61,823 nt of DNA, from NCBI GenBank assembly GCA_002269645.1, contig NIVC01000321.1, positions 1-61,823 of the forward strand, read 5' to 3'. The notes under the pieces are model-generated. The model was not told where the DNA came from, ran no database searches, and saw only the letters and a program-made list of their open reading frames with translations. Positions 36,180-47,337 of the stretch are shown here, in pieces. This DNA comes from Macrostomum lignano. Its lineage: Eukaryota. Within the stretch, counting starts at the first letter, position 1; each line of letters starts with the position of its first letter. The position numbers and the translations under genes are program-made.

Positions 36180-36715
36180 TCACAACCTGCTACTAACAGT
36201 AAACCGTACATCGATACTACGAGTATCAACGAAACCCACTGGCTACCAGGGAGTTCTGTGTTTGGGAAGGTGGAAATCAATTGTATCAGCACTCTCTGGC
36301 CCAGGTGCTTGGCAGATGCCTCAAGGACCGAATCAGGCACTGTGTTGATAGTTTTTACTGGCAATAATTACTGTGCAACTTGCATAGAAAACGGCACAGA
36401 AGTCTGCGCCGTTGAGGTGGTTGTCGTTCAGGTACAGCTTGGTACATGCAGGCGGCCTTCATGGTGTAGTTCAGGCTTCGGAAGTTTTACTCTTTGCAGT
36501 CCAGTACGCAAGCAGAGTGTTTCCTTGTCCTGCAGTGACCGTCGTAGCATCTCCACAGCTCTTGGACCAACTGCTCGTGGTGTCCTCCCAGAAAGTGGCC
36601 ACGCAGCCGATAGCACCTTCCCCCTCGGCTGCGTTCCTTGCCGGATAGGCACAAGTTTAACCACTTCTGAGACTCTTTAAGAAGAGTTTTTCGTGGGCAA
36701 TGATGTGCTTTTTTT
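36180..36715 (-). pseudogene. Second, internally deleted copy of the viral L-like sequence
   Basis: Shares CACGCAGCCGATAGC with about 41740-41760 and CCTTGTCCTGCAGTGA and GAGGTGGTTGTC with 39.9-40.05 kb; junction at about 36545-36560. Confidence 0.75.
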
Positions 36716-37216
36716 AATTCAGTTGAAAGATCTTGGCAAGGAAAGAATTATAAAATATTTATATTAAAAAAAATGGACAAAAATTCAACTAATAAATGAA
36801 TATTTTATTCAGTTTGTAGTACTACTTTTTATAGAGCGGACCTACTAGGTTTTTGAATTGTAAATACGTTGAAAATCATACAGAATTACTTCTGATTTTT
36901 CTCCCAACCAGTACAGAATTAACTTCACTTTGCTCCCAACTACAAAAATATACGCCACAAAAAAGTAACGAGTCATTAAGTACATAAATATCTAAAACTT
37001 TTTGAGGTAGAATATTTATTCTATTGTTAATTGTATTTAATTATTTAATTGTATTTAAAAAGAAATAGCAGAGAGAGCAAAACATACAAAATCGCGATGG
37101 TAGACGCAAAATAAGAAATAGATTCAAAATTTAAACACAAAAAGTAATAGACAATAAAGATAATTAAGTCACAACTCACAACAGAGATAATATTCGATTC
37201 GAATAGTCTTTAATAT

Positions 37217-39425
37217 TTAGATTGTCAAAAGTTGATCAAGATGCTCGGGTGGCGCCATGTATTTCGCGGCAATGAGTTGTTGTTCTGCCGCAAATCTGTA
37301 GTCGACGGTGACTCTTGAGCTGTTGTCTCTTATCGTGGCCAGCGATGAGTCTGTTAACAGTCTAAACTTTTTTATCCACCCACGGCTTGGTGTTCGGCTA
37401 AAAAAATTGAGCAGGAAAGGAGGCTCCACGACGAAAGGATTTCCCTTTGGTGGAAAACAGACCATAGCTGGCACTATTGCCTTCAGGCCAGAAGGCGAAC
37501 ACTAGTGTTACAGCCATGGTTTGCTTGCTCGTAGCAGAAGAGGCGACGGGGGCGTGCTGTTTCGCTGTCGCCGTGGAAGCGGCAGCCGGGGCGGGGGCGG
37601 TAGAGGTGCTTTCGCGGGAGCCTGGCAATCAGTTCCGTCCGGGAGCTCCGGCTGAACGAGTTCGCGGCGAGCCAGTCAGGCAGCCCTCTCGATTAGGGCC
37701 TGGCAGTCACCATCGGCCAAGCCGCGCAGACGGCCCTAGTGCGGCCATTCGACGAAGTCTGGCCAGTCACCGTGCTGGTTGGCCAGGTCTTATTACTGCC
37801 GGGTGAACAGCCCCGTCCTCGAGCAGATCTTGTCGACTGGGTTCGACGGCGGGGTCCTGGCTAAAGAACTGCTCTGATACAGTCTTCTGCTTCAGAAAAA
37901 TTTAGAATAAATGATACTATGCAGATCAAGGAATGACACGAAATAGACAGATGACCTAGATGACCTAGCATTTAATTGGCAAAATGGAGAATAAAAAGAC
38001 GGCAAAAACACTAACACAACACAAAATACAAAATTAAGCATGTAAGTAAAAAAATTATAACCAGCATGAAAAATATACTCGTACGTAATGTTTATAATGT
38101 TCTTTAAATCTATATAAACCGATAACAGCTTCACAATTTTTTTTAAAGATAAAGGCGCTTATGCTTCTTCGGAATTTAGTAACATTTCCTATTACTATAA
38201 GTACAGCAAAGCTAGAAATGAAAAAAGCGTAGCAAAGCGTGGTGCGGGAACTTCAAATTAGGATTTTAAAGATACAAAGCATTTTCTGTGGAAAAAGAAA
38301 ACAGAGTATACAGCTAGAGCTGTTTATTGACGTAAATTTGTTTATTGAAGATAGTTAAAGTCACTTCAATAGTTTAATACATATAAGCACTGCTGCACGC
38401 AGACTCTGACGTCTCATCTATGTCCATTCCATCTATGTCTTTTCGGTCGCTTCTGTCGTCTTTTTGCAGCATGCTGTTTTTTCGAGCCTGGCTTTGACTG
38501 ACACTCGGCAAATTCTCGTTCTTTGCGCCATGTGCAGAAGCGCTGGAATCAATCATGCTGAGACGCTTGAAAGTAGTTCGCGAAACTCTTGCAGCTGGAA
38601 TAGAGCTGGCCGCTGCTGAGCCAGAATCACCTACGCCAGCACTCCTTCTATAAGGAGATAATAATATTAAAAAATGCACATGTATTCAACTCACTAAATC
38701 TAAAACGTGCTCAGATGACTGGTACTGCGCAAAAATCGCATAATCAGCACAGCAGCTAATGGGCCAGAAGGTTGATGTTGGTCTCTGGCTTCAGGATTCA
38801 TCAGTGCAAGCAGCCGCTACAATTTAGAAGCGACTCCGTTCATCTGATCAGTGAAGTGACTCTGATGATCCTCAAGGCGGCTGCACCTTATAGCCAGTTC
38901 ACTAAGAGTTGTGAGCTAAACAAATAAAATGCCTCGAAGAGAGTCCAGTGGGACATCCACAACTGCCTGGAATTGCTCCCCTAGTATTTTTTTGCAGCTG
39001 GTCTGAGCGGGTATGCCGGCTCTGGAGCAACAACAGCCGCAGTGGCGACTTTCTCTGCCACAGCGGCTCTGCTCAGCGTTGGCTTTGGTGTTGGCATTTT
39101 GTCGCTGAGCGCGACAGTTGAAGCCCTTTCCACTGCCACTGAGGTCTTAGGTATAGTAGAATCATTGGTAGCTAAAGCATCTAATGCAGGAGCAGCCGCT
39201 GGCGTCGCTGGATCATTCACCGACGTCGCAGGACTCGCAGGTGCAGCCTTCTGAATCTTGGTCAATGGCGTCGGATATTTGTTACTCGGTAGTGGCAACA
39301 ACTGATTTTTAGTGTCCGGTAAAACTGTGTCCGAGATCAAAAAGCGGAATTGTGGTTCTCCTCGAAATCGGCTGTCTGCTCAGAGTAGAAGCCGTCTGTG
39401 TATGAGGCTGAAGCCAGTTGCGCAT
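37217..39425 (-). pseudogene. Decayed three-exon orphan gene (about 39425-38695, 38647-38381, 37886-37217)
   Basis: 47-nt GTGAGT..TTATAG intron at 38648-38694; second intron GTATTA..CAG joins in phase (AT|A); Pro/Ala-rich, then coiled-coil-like, then globular segments; in-frame stops. Confidence 0.55.
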
Positions 39426-39824
39426 GCTGTGGTTGTAATAACAAAATAGACGTAAAACTTACTTACTTACTCTTACTCGTAGACGTAAAACCTTAGGGTT
39501 ACTTGGATTTCGAAAACATCTCAAATCAAACTCTTGCTCCACTTACTCGTAATTTAGATTGGTACGCACGGCGCACCTGTAGAACGTCAAATTAGGTTAA
39601 ACCTCTTGGCTGCACGAGATTGAGAATCAGTGAGGTGCAAGGTGGCGTGATCAGTGTACGCACTGATAAAAAAAAACTTGGAGTGGGGCAGACTGGAAAG
39701 GTTGAGGCTGGGTGCGGGAGAAAAAAGGCACGATTACACAAGTAAAAATTGTAGGTTAAAATCGATTAAAATCAGTAGGGTTTTAATTAGGCAGTGAATT
39801 AAATAAAAACCGGTAGGTTTAAGA

Positions 39825-42050
39825 TGCCTTAAGGCGAATCAGGTGCTTGACAATGGGTACTGGTAATGCTTGCTGTGCACCGTGAGTAGAAAATGGCTCA
39901 GAAGTCTGCGCCCTTGAGGTGGTTGTCATTCAGGTACTAGTACATGCATGCAGCCCTGACTACGGCCTTCCGGGCGTGGCTTCAGAAGTTAGACTTTGCA
40001 GTCCAGTTCGCGGCAGAGCTTCTGACAAGCAGTTTCCTTGTCCTGCAGTGAACGTCGTAGAAGTTCAAGTAGCTTCGGCGCTTTGAGCCTCATAGGCTTC
40101 CATTCTCGTCCTGTATGGGAGCATACAAGTCGGCCGAGTTGAAAGTGATGTATGCCTCTTCTGTGGCTTTCTGCCTAGCCCGGCTGGCGATAGGATCCGG
40201 CAGTGTGTGGTTCACAATGTGCAGACCCCACTTTTCGTGGTGACGCTTGCAGTACGCTGGATGTTATTTAGGTGTGCGCGTCGCTGCCTACTCGCGGAAT
40301 GCGCGCATAGCGCTCTTTTTCAGAAGATACACGGCTGATGCGAAATTAGCAGCTTTGTCCACTATCATGTGACTATCATTTGGCACCTCTCCCTTGAGCC
40401 AATTAGGTATACGTGTACTAGTGATCTCAATCAGGTTCTCAATCAGTGATTATTGTGTCGTATGCAATTTGAAAGCTCGGCTGGTATGACAGGGTTCCAC
40501 TGGCATTCGTGCAGGATGTGCTCAGAAACAGCGGCTGATGCTTCGGAGAAGTAGATCTCGAAGGCCCGTTTGAATTCAGGAGCCTTGGCCCCTCGCTTCA
40601 GTGCACGAGCCAAGGCCAAGTCACGACCGTGTGAAGACACTCTAGCAACAGCCGCGCCGCGTAGAAGTTAAAAATGCTGCGGGTCTGTTACTCTGTTCAT
40701 GGAGGCTGGTGATTCTGCGGCTAAACTCTCAATCCGCCTTGGCATACACCTTCATTGGGACCATAACGTCGCTCCCGCCTACGAAGTGGCGGTTTAGGTA
40801 GATGAAGTTTATGCCGCTGTAGATGGTTTTTGACACCTCCACTGCGTAGTCCGACCTTGCGTAGACGTCGACAGTGGCCTGTAGAATGGGTCAGTCACCC
40901 GTTGCGCCTCTGCTTTTGACCGCAGGAGTGGAACGGCTAGGAGCGCAAAGTCTATCATACACAGGGCTAGTGCATTCTCCTGCGGCAGGAGAAGGCCCTT
41001 GTCTTTGGCAGTCCGGACTATGTAGCTTAGCATGTTTGCGTGGTACATTGTGTCACATGTCGGTGTCCAGCCCTGGAAGGTGCTATAGTTCTGTTTACTA
41101 GCCACGCTTGGTAATATTGAGAGTGATGTCGCGCCAGAACCTTTCCAGGTCCCAGCCAGAGCCGAGCTTTGTTATACATGGTTGATCCCCCGATTGTGGG
41201 ACAGAATCACTTAGCAGTCTGCAACCAAGTCACACAACAGTATGACAGTGTATCTGCAGGTGGGCACCGGGTCGAAACCGGCAGGCGGCACGTAGTCTTG
41301 TCCTAGAGAGCTGCGTGAACGCTGCTATCTCGTGGAACGTCCGCTCCATGAACTCTGGCGTCCTGGTCCTCTTTATGCTGGAGGCTCACTGGTGCAGATG
41401 GTGATCAGTCTGGGTGTTCAGCTCACGAGTGATATCGTCGTGACTGAAAGTCTCCCTGGCCTTGTCTTCCGGCTTCGTGTTCTCTGCTTTAGCAGCCATT
41501 AGAGCGATGTTGAGCTTGCCAAGACGGTGGCCGATGTCTGCTGCGGGCTGTATCTGTTATATTGTGCACTTCTTAGATAGGATGTTTCCGTACGTCAGGC
41601 AATAGTTCAGCTCGCACCAAACTTCTCGGGGTAGCACTTGGATTTTTGAGAGGTTAGAATAGGCGTCAGTGTCTGCCAGGGCATGCGTCACATCCTGGTA
41701 GGTCTCGGCCCAATTGCTCGTGTCCTCCACCAAAAAGTTGTCACGCAGCCGATAGCGCCCCCACTCGGCTGCGTCTGGCAACACCAGCTTTGAGACTAAG
41801 TCGTAGCCTTTGTTTGTCTCGTAATATTGGCAGTCCGTGGGCAGTGACATGTGCTAGGCTCAGCATCTGCACATACCACATAAAGCACACAAGCTCCTTA
41901 GGTTTTTAGAACATTTTGGCCATCGTCTTGTCGAACATTACCTCTGGGTCGATGTCTGGCGCAGGAAACACAAACACGTAGAATATGTAGGCCAAGTCAA
42001 GCTTTCCGCGGTCGGACAGGTCTAGCTAGCTGGGCCTGTTCGGGCGCCAT
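39825..42050 (-). pseudogene. Endogenous viral element: RdRp core of a negative-strand RNA virus L protein, Qinviridae-like
   Basis: In order: KAENTK..KARETFSHDDITRE (motif F, about 41421-41490), ILLCDL (A?, about 41230-41250), W..ITL..TKRG..STFQGWTPTCDTMYHANML (B, about 41030-41130), ALCMIDFALL (C, degenerate IDD, about 40950), SKTIYS..FIYLNRHFVGGSDV..PMKVYAK (D/E, about 40745-40835); many stops and frameshifts. Confidence 0.7.
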
Positions 42051-43213
42051 GTAGAAAAATAGCATTGAATTATTTGATACACTTGGATTAAAATTAATTA
42101 ATTGGAATTGGAAGGAACAGTGAGTAGCACGGGGTCTAAACGAGTGTATTTATAATACACTAAAGGAAAAAAGAAGTTGAGCGCGCAATGGAGGAATGAG
42201 GTGAGATTGAAGAGCCAATTAGAAAACAGCAAGTGATAGATAAAGTTCTGAAGTGGACTGAAGAGTGGAACTTAGCTTTACTTGTCCTTGTTAGTAATAT
42301 TAATGGATAGTAAAATAAAATATCCATCCTAAACTAAAAACTAAAAAACTTAAAGATTAAAAGTGAGCAATAACTTGTATGCTTTAAAAATTGTCTATAA
42401 AATAATAATTTACGTACAGCCATGAACTGTGCAACAAAGAGGCCATAATATAGCTGAGGGGCTGCCAAACCTAACCGAAGTTTTTCTGAAGCTTACACTG
42501 GTATAACCCCTTTATAGCTTGGTAAAAAAGAAATTTAGTGTCATATAGAAATTTAGTATAGTTGAATTTGATGTAAATTATTGTATTAGGTCAAGAACCA
42601 AAGAGTAGAGACCTCTTGTTTAAGAGTCCAATACTCTAACCACCATGCTCTAGGCTAGGCCCACAAGTCCCTTAAATTTTATACTCAGTATAGTAGACAA
42701 TATATTGTGCGAATATTGCTATATAATGCACAAATATGCGCATGCATGACATGGCCTTATAATCCAGACATATGCCTAGCATAGTAAAATACTTGAAAGA
42801 AAATAATCTTACATTGATAAAAGTCTGATATTGTACCCTTAATGCTGCTTAGAGCCATACTACTGCGTGACAGGTAGTGGTATGTTAAGGACATGTTTCT
42901 AATAAGAACCAACAAATCCTTCATATTGTATATCTTGTATCTGCATTCGGTCATCCACAAAATCTTCCAGATAATCTATCTGCATTATCTATCCATTACA
43001 ATCGGTCAGTCATCTATTGGCAAACGAATAAATCATAATAAAACAAAGAGCGCTAACATGTACATGTTTCATAATTGACTAATCAACAGAAGTCAAAATG
43101 CAATTGCACTTTAAAAATTAATGGGAATTGGAACACTACTATCGAACATTTATCTCTAATATGAGGATTTATGTATCTACAAGTTTTGAGCACTTTGTCA
43201 TCCCACACCGCAG

Positions 43214-43532
43214 ATATGGCATACCCGCTAAGCTGACCCAGGCCGGGGACCTGCCAGACCGAGCCCAGTGCCGCGTGCCCTTCGGTCTGCTGGACTGGCC
43301 CGACTACAACTTGAACGAGAACCTCTCAGCCATTGTAACCGGCCTGTTGAATGAGAAACCAAAGAAATCCAATCGTGAATTCATCATGTCAGTCTCGGTC
43401 ACGTGTCCTCCGTCTGACGAGCTGTTCCTACTGGATTGGAAACCGTACACCATTGCGGCAGATTCTTCAAGCAATGCTGCTGACAGGGTAGCACCGGATA
43501 CGGCTGATGCTGTTGCGGCTTCTGCTAGTTAA
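43214..43532 (+). CDS. MRPL1: uL1m exon 3
   Basis: Acceptor accgcAG; FGLLDW..ENLSAIV..EFIMSVSVTCPPSDELFLLD; total CDS 1104 nt, in frame; AATAAA 43596-43601. Confidence 0.9.
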
Positions 43533-43604
43533 TCATTTACTTATAATGTAGTATGGATTTCACTGCTTTTAAAGGTTTTGTTAATGTACGTAGTTAATAA
43601 ATTA

Positions 43605-43800
43605 AAATCTCAGGTGAGATTTGAAAATAGACTCAGATAAATCTCGCAGTTGAGATTTGAGAATATACTCAAATAGATCTCGCAATTGAGATTTGAGAAT
43701 AGACTCAGATAAATCTCGCACTTGAGATTTGAGAATAGACTATTCAGGTGAGATTCAGGTGAGAGATAAATCTCAGGTGAGATTTAAGAATAGACTTTGA
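43605..43800. repeat. About 40-bp tandem repeat (CTCGCA..GAGATTTGAGAATAGACTC)
   Basis: Direct inspection, about 4-5 degenerate units. Confidence 0.85.
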
Positions 43801-44184
43801 TAAATAAACTCGTACAATTAGCTCAAAAAACTCAGCAACATAATAAGATTACCCACTTAATTCGCAATGAAACAGAGTCTGTTTTTTCAACTGAGCATTT
43901 CTCATGCGCTTCAATAAAAAAGTGAATTTTTCCGCATCAAAGCCATTGGCGATGGAAGTTGTTATAATGTTTCTATTTCTTTATTGGCCAGTCGCCTACC
44001 AGCTAAAAGTATTAATTGAGCAACGCTGTGTCTGTAAATTTAAACAAAAGTGAGTTTTTTCCTGGATATATTCAAATTAGACTACTCATATTCGAGTGAA
44101 TCAGTAGTGTAGTGAGCTTTTAGCGTAATTTTTTTAACAAGTTAGAAAACAGCATCAAGAATCTATAAAATTTCCAGCTAGTCT

Positions 44185-44439
44185 ATGGCTTCCCCGGTTG
44201 ATTCCGAAGAGCAAAGAAATTCCACTGAGGCGTTTTCTTCAACTCGGAGTCCCGACACCGAGTGTCAAGATCCCGCTGCTACATCATTCCCGTTGGATGC
44301 TGAGTTCAGTTTAGGCAATGCTCCAAGCGTTAGTTGGGCCAACTTTCTTGCTGACTGGCGCGCGGCCGATGCTCCAGCAGACAGAAATCGAGTAGTGCGA
44401 CTGCATTTGGATCATTTTTTACACACTCGCCGGTTTCAG
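44185..44439 (+). CDS. HVCN1: Voltage-gated proton channel Hv1 exon 1
   Basis: ATG 44185; RLHLDHFLHTRRFQ (S0 helix); donor CAG|GTAGTT phase 0. Confidence 0.85.
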
Positions 44440-44504
44440 GTAGTTTTTTTAGTGTTTTTCTATTATTGTTTCGGTCTTTGTTTGAAAGCTAAAGTCTTTG
44501 TAGC

Positions 44505-45135
44505 TTAAATGGTGTCACATTGTCAGTCTTTGTAGCTAAATGTGATGTCAGATTGTCAGTCTTTGTAGCTAAATGATGTCAGACTGTCAGTCTTTGTAGC
44601 TAAATTTGATGTCAGACTGTCAGTCTTTGTAGCTAAATGTGATGTCAGATTGTCAGTCTTTGTAGCTAAATGATGCTTTAGTCTTTGTTAGTCTTTGTAG
44701 CTAAATGTGATTTCAGATTGTCAGTCTTTGTAGCTAAATGATGTCAGATTGTTAGTCTTTGTAGCTAAATGTGATATCAGATTGTCAGTCTTTGTAGCTA
44801 AATGATATCAGATTGTCAGTCTTTGTAGCTAAATGATATCAGATTGTTAGTCTTTGTAGCTAAATGATATCAGATTGTCAGTCTTTGTAGCTAAATGATA
44901 TCAGATTGTTAGTCTTTGTAGCTAAATGATATCAGATTGTTAGTCTTTGTAGCTAAATGATATCAGATTGTTAGTCTTTGTAGCTAAATGATATCAGATT
45001 GTTAGTCTTTGTAGCCAAATGATATCAGATTGTCAGTCTTTGTAGCTAAATGATATCAGATTGTCAGTCTTTGTAGCTAAATGATATCAGATTGTCAGTC
45101 TTTGTAGCTAAATGATATCAGATTGTCAATGTTTG
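44505..45135. repeat. 31-33-bp tandem repeat GATTGTCAGTCTTTGTAGCTAAATGATATCA filling Hv1 intron 1
   Basis: Direct inspection, about 20 units. Confidence 0.97.
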
Positions 45136-45231
45136 TAGCCTAATTTCCCACAATAAAAAAGCAAGTAATTACATGACGAATCATTTAGTGCGCAATCTAG
45201 AGTTAGAGTTACTCACGCCGTTTACCCGCAG

Positions 45232-45586
45232 ATCGCAGTCATAGTCCTGGTGCTACTTGATGCAATAATTGTGGTCGCTGAGTTGGCCATCGATCTCGGC
45301 TTGCTCAGCTCCTCCGGTCGCGAGGGCCTCGAGTCCAGCGCCTGGCCCCACGTGTTGCACTCGTTGAGTCTGACAATTCTAAGTCTGTTTCTACTAGAAG
45401 CAATGCTGAAATTGTACGCTATGGGTTGGAAAATTTTCCACCACAAGATGGAACTGTTCGATATGTTTGTCATTGTGGTGTCCTTCGGTCTGGATGTGGC
45501 CAGCGCCGTGCCCGGGTCGCAGCTCACCGCCCTGTTCGGCCTGGTGGTGCTGCTCAGGCTGTGGCGTATTGTCCGCATTGTGAATA
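45232..45586 (+). CDS. HVCN1: Hv1 exon 2 (S1-S4)
   Basis: LVLLDAIIVVAELAID (selectivity Asp); LLRLWRIVRIVN (RxWRxxR..N); donor A|GTGAGC. Confidence 0.95.
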
Positions 45587-45659
45587 GTGAGCTGGAGTTC
45601 CTTGTTTAAGGGGGGGGAATTCTTTCTTTTTCAATCGCATAGTAGCCGCCTACACGACT

Positions 45660-46190
45660 CTCCTTAAAAGAATCGTCCTTAAAAAATCGCCCTTTTAAAG
45701 AGTCGACTTTATAAAAAATCGCCCCTATAAAAATCGCCTCTATTTAAATTGCCCTCCATAAAGAATCACCCCATAAAGAATCACCCCTCAAAAGAATCGC
45801 CCCTCAAATAAATCGCTCTTCAAAGAATTGCCCTTCAAAGAATTGCCCTTCATAAAATCGCCCTTCAAAGAATCGCCATCAAAAGAATCGCCCTCAAAAG
45901 AATCACCCCTCAAAAGAATCGCCCCTCAAATAAATCGCCCTTCAAAGAATTGCCCTTCATAAAATCGCCCTTCAAAGAATCGCCATCAAAAGAATCGCCC
46001 TCAAAAGAATCGCCCCTCAAAAGAATCGCGCTTCAAAAGAATCGCCCCACAAAAGAATTGCTCCGCAAAAGAATTGCTCCGCAAAAGAATCGCCCCTCAA
46101 AAGAATCGCCCCACAAAAGAATCGCCCTCAAAAAAATCGCCCCTCAAAGAATCGCCCTTTAAAGAATCGCCCCTGAAAAGAATCGCCCCA
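45660..46190. repeat. Minisatellite AAAGAATCGCCCCTC filling Hv1 intron 2
   Basis: Direct inspection. Confidence 0.95.
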
Positions 46191-46208
46191 ACCCTTGCGC
46201 ACCCGCAG

Positions 46209-46483
46209 GCATCGCCCTCTCCATCCGGCTGCAGGGCAAGAAGGCCCTGGTCAGGCAGTCGGAGCTGCGGGAAGCTGCCGAGAGTCGCTGCCAGGAACTC
46301 AATAATCGAATCGCTGAACTCAAAGCTGGACTCAGCGATGCTCTAGACCTGCTGCAGTCAGTCGGCAAGGATCCATCCATAGCATCGGGGCTTGTGGACG
46401 CTAAAAAGTTACAACAGTTGCAGGAGCTGCTGGACCTGACGGCTCCCGATGCTGAAACAGAAGTCTTGGGGCGAAATGACTGA
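46209..46483 (+). CDS. HVCN1: Hv1 exon 3 (coiled coil)
   Basis: Acceptor cccgcAG phase 1; IALSIRL..ELNNRIAELK; TGA overlapping AATAAA; total CDS 885 nt. Confidence 0.9.
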
Positions 46484-46951
46484 ATAAAATTTACTGGTAG
46501 CTACTTGTGAGACCAATCTCTACTTGTGATGCGCTGATCTTTTTTCTAGTGAATCGATTTTTCATTTCTCTGATATTTGCACACGAGAATAATTGAGTTG
46601 TGTGAGACAATTTAGCATTGATTCTCAAAAAGCTCAACAATCTACTTGATCCTGCCTTTGTTGCCTTCCAATTAATATGATTTGTTTTACACAATTTTAC
46701 AAATATTTTAATACAAATTGTCTTAAATACTATCCTGATTTTTTAATCTGTGCAATGAATATTTTTTTAATAAATCATGTTTTATATTCTTCTATTTTCG
46801 TTTTCAGATTAAATATATACAATTGTGCTTATCTTTACAAGCATATTTTACTGATAATATTATTTATTATTGAGTAGATGAATGAAACCAACAAGCTAAA
46901 CAGTTTTAGTGTCTTTTGATTTACCGATTGTATTAATTGAGCAAATTTGTT

Positions 46952-47047
46952 ACTAGAGACTGGTGTCTACATTCAGGAGAACTTTGATTACGTCATCTGT
47001 CATCCAGACTTTTGGCCCAGTCTGTTGAAAGCTAGGAAACTATTGAA
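46952..47047 (+). pseudogene. 96-bp displaced copy of MRPL1 exon 2 interior
   Basis: Matches 35633-35728 with 4 transitions. Confidence 0.93.
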
Positions 47048-47337
47048 AACTATACAAAAGTTACAATACAATAGTTACCAAACTATATGCCAGAGCTGTA
47101 GTTACTACCAGGATGTAACCACGTTTTGGTCGCGGGATCATGTGGGGAATTTTTCGAAATGTCCCAGATCCCCTTTGACCCACTGGGCAGAGCTGTCGGG
47201 ACTGGGCCGGGTCCCTGCCTGACCAGACCGACTGACTCCTGACTCAGCCACACTTGCCTTTCCGGAGCCCCTTTTTGTGCAACTCCGCCTGCCTTCCCGT
47301 TTCTCATGTTCCCCACCCCATTTATCATGTATTTCTC

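Noticed and set aside
41225-41265. QIHCHTVV read as an HUH (Helitron/Rep) motif
   Set aside because: Spacing to other Rep motifs does not fit, and the surrounding motifs fit an RdRp better; likely an off-frame reading
44505-45135. Regular 31-33-bp repeats as a CRISPR array (also 1106-1330 and 43605-43800)
   Set aside because: No unique spacers, head-to-tail units, eukaryotic intron context, no cas genes
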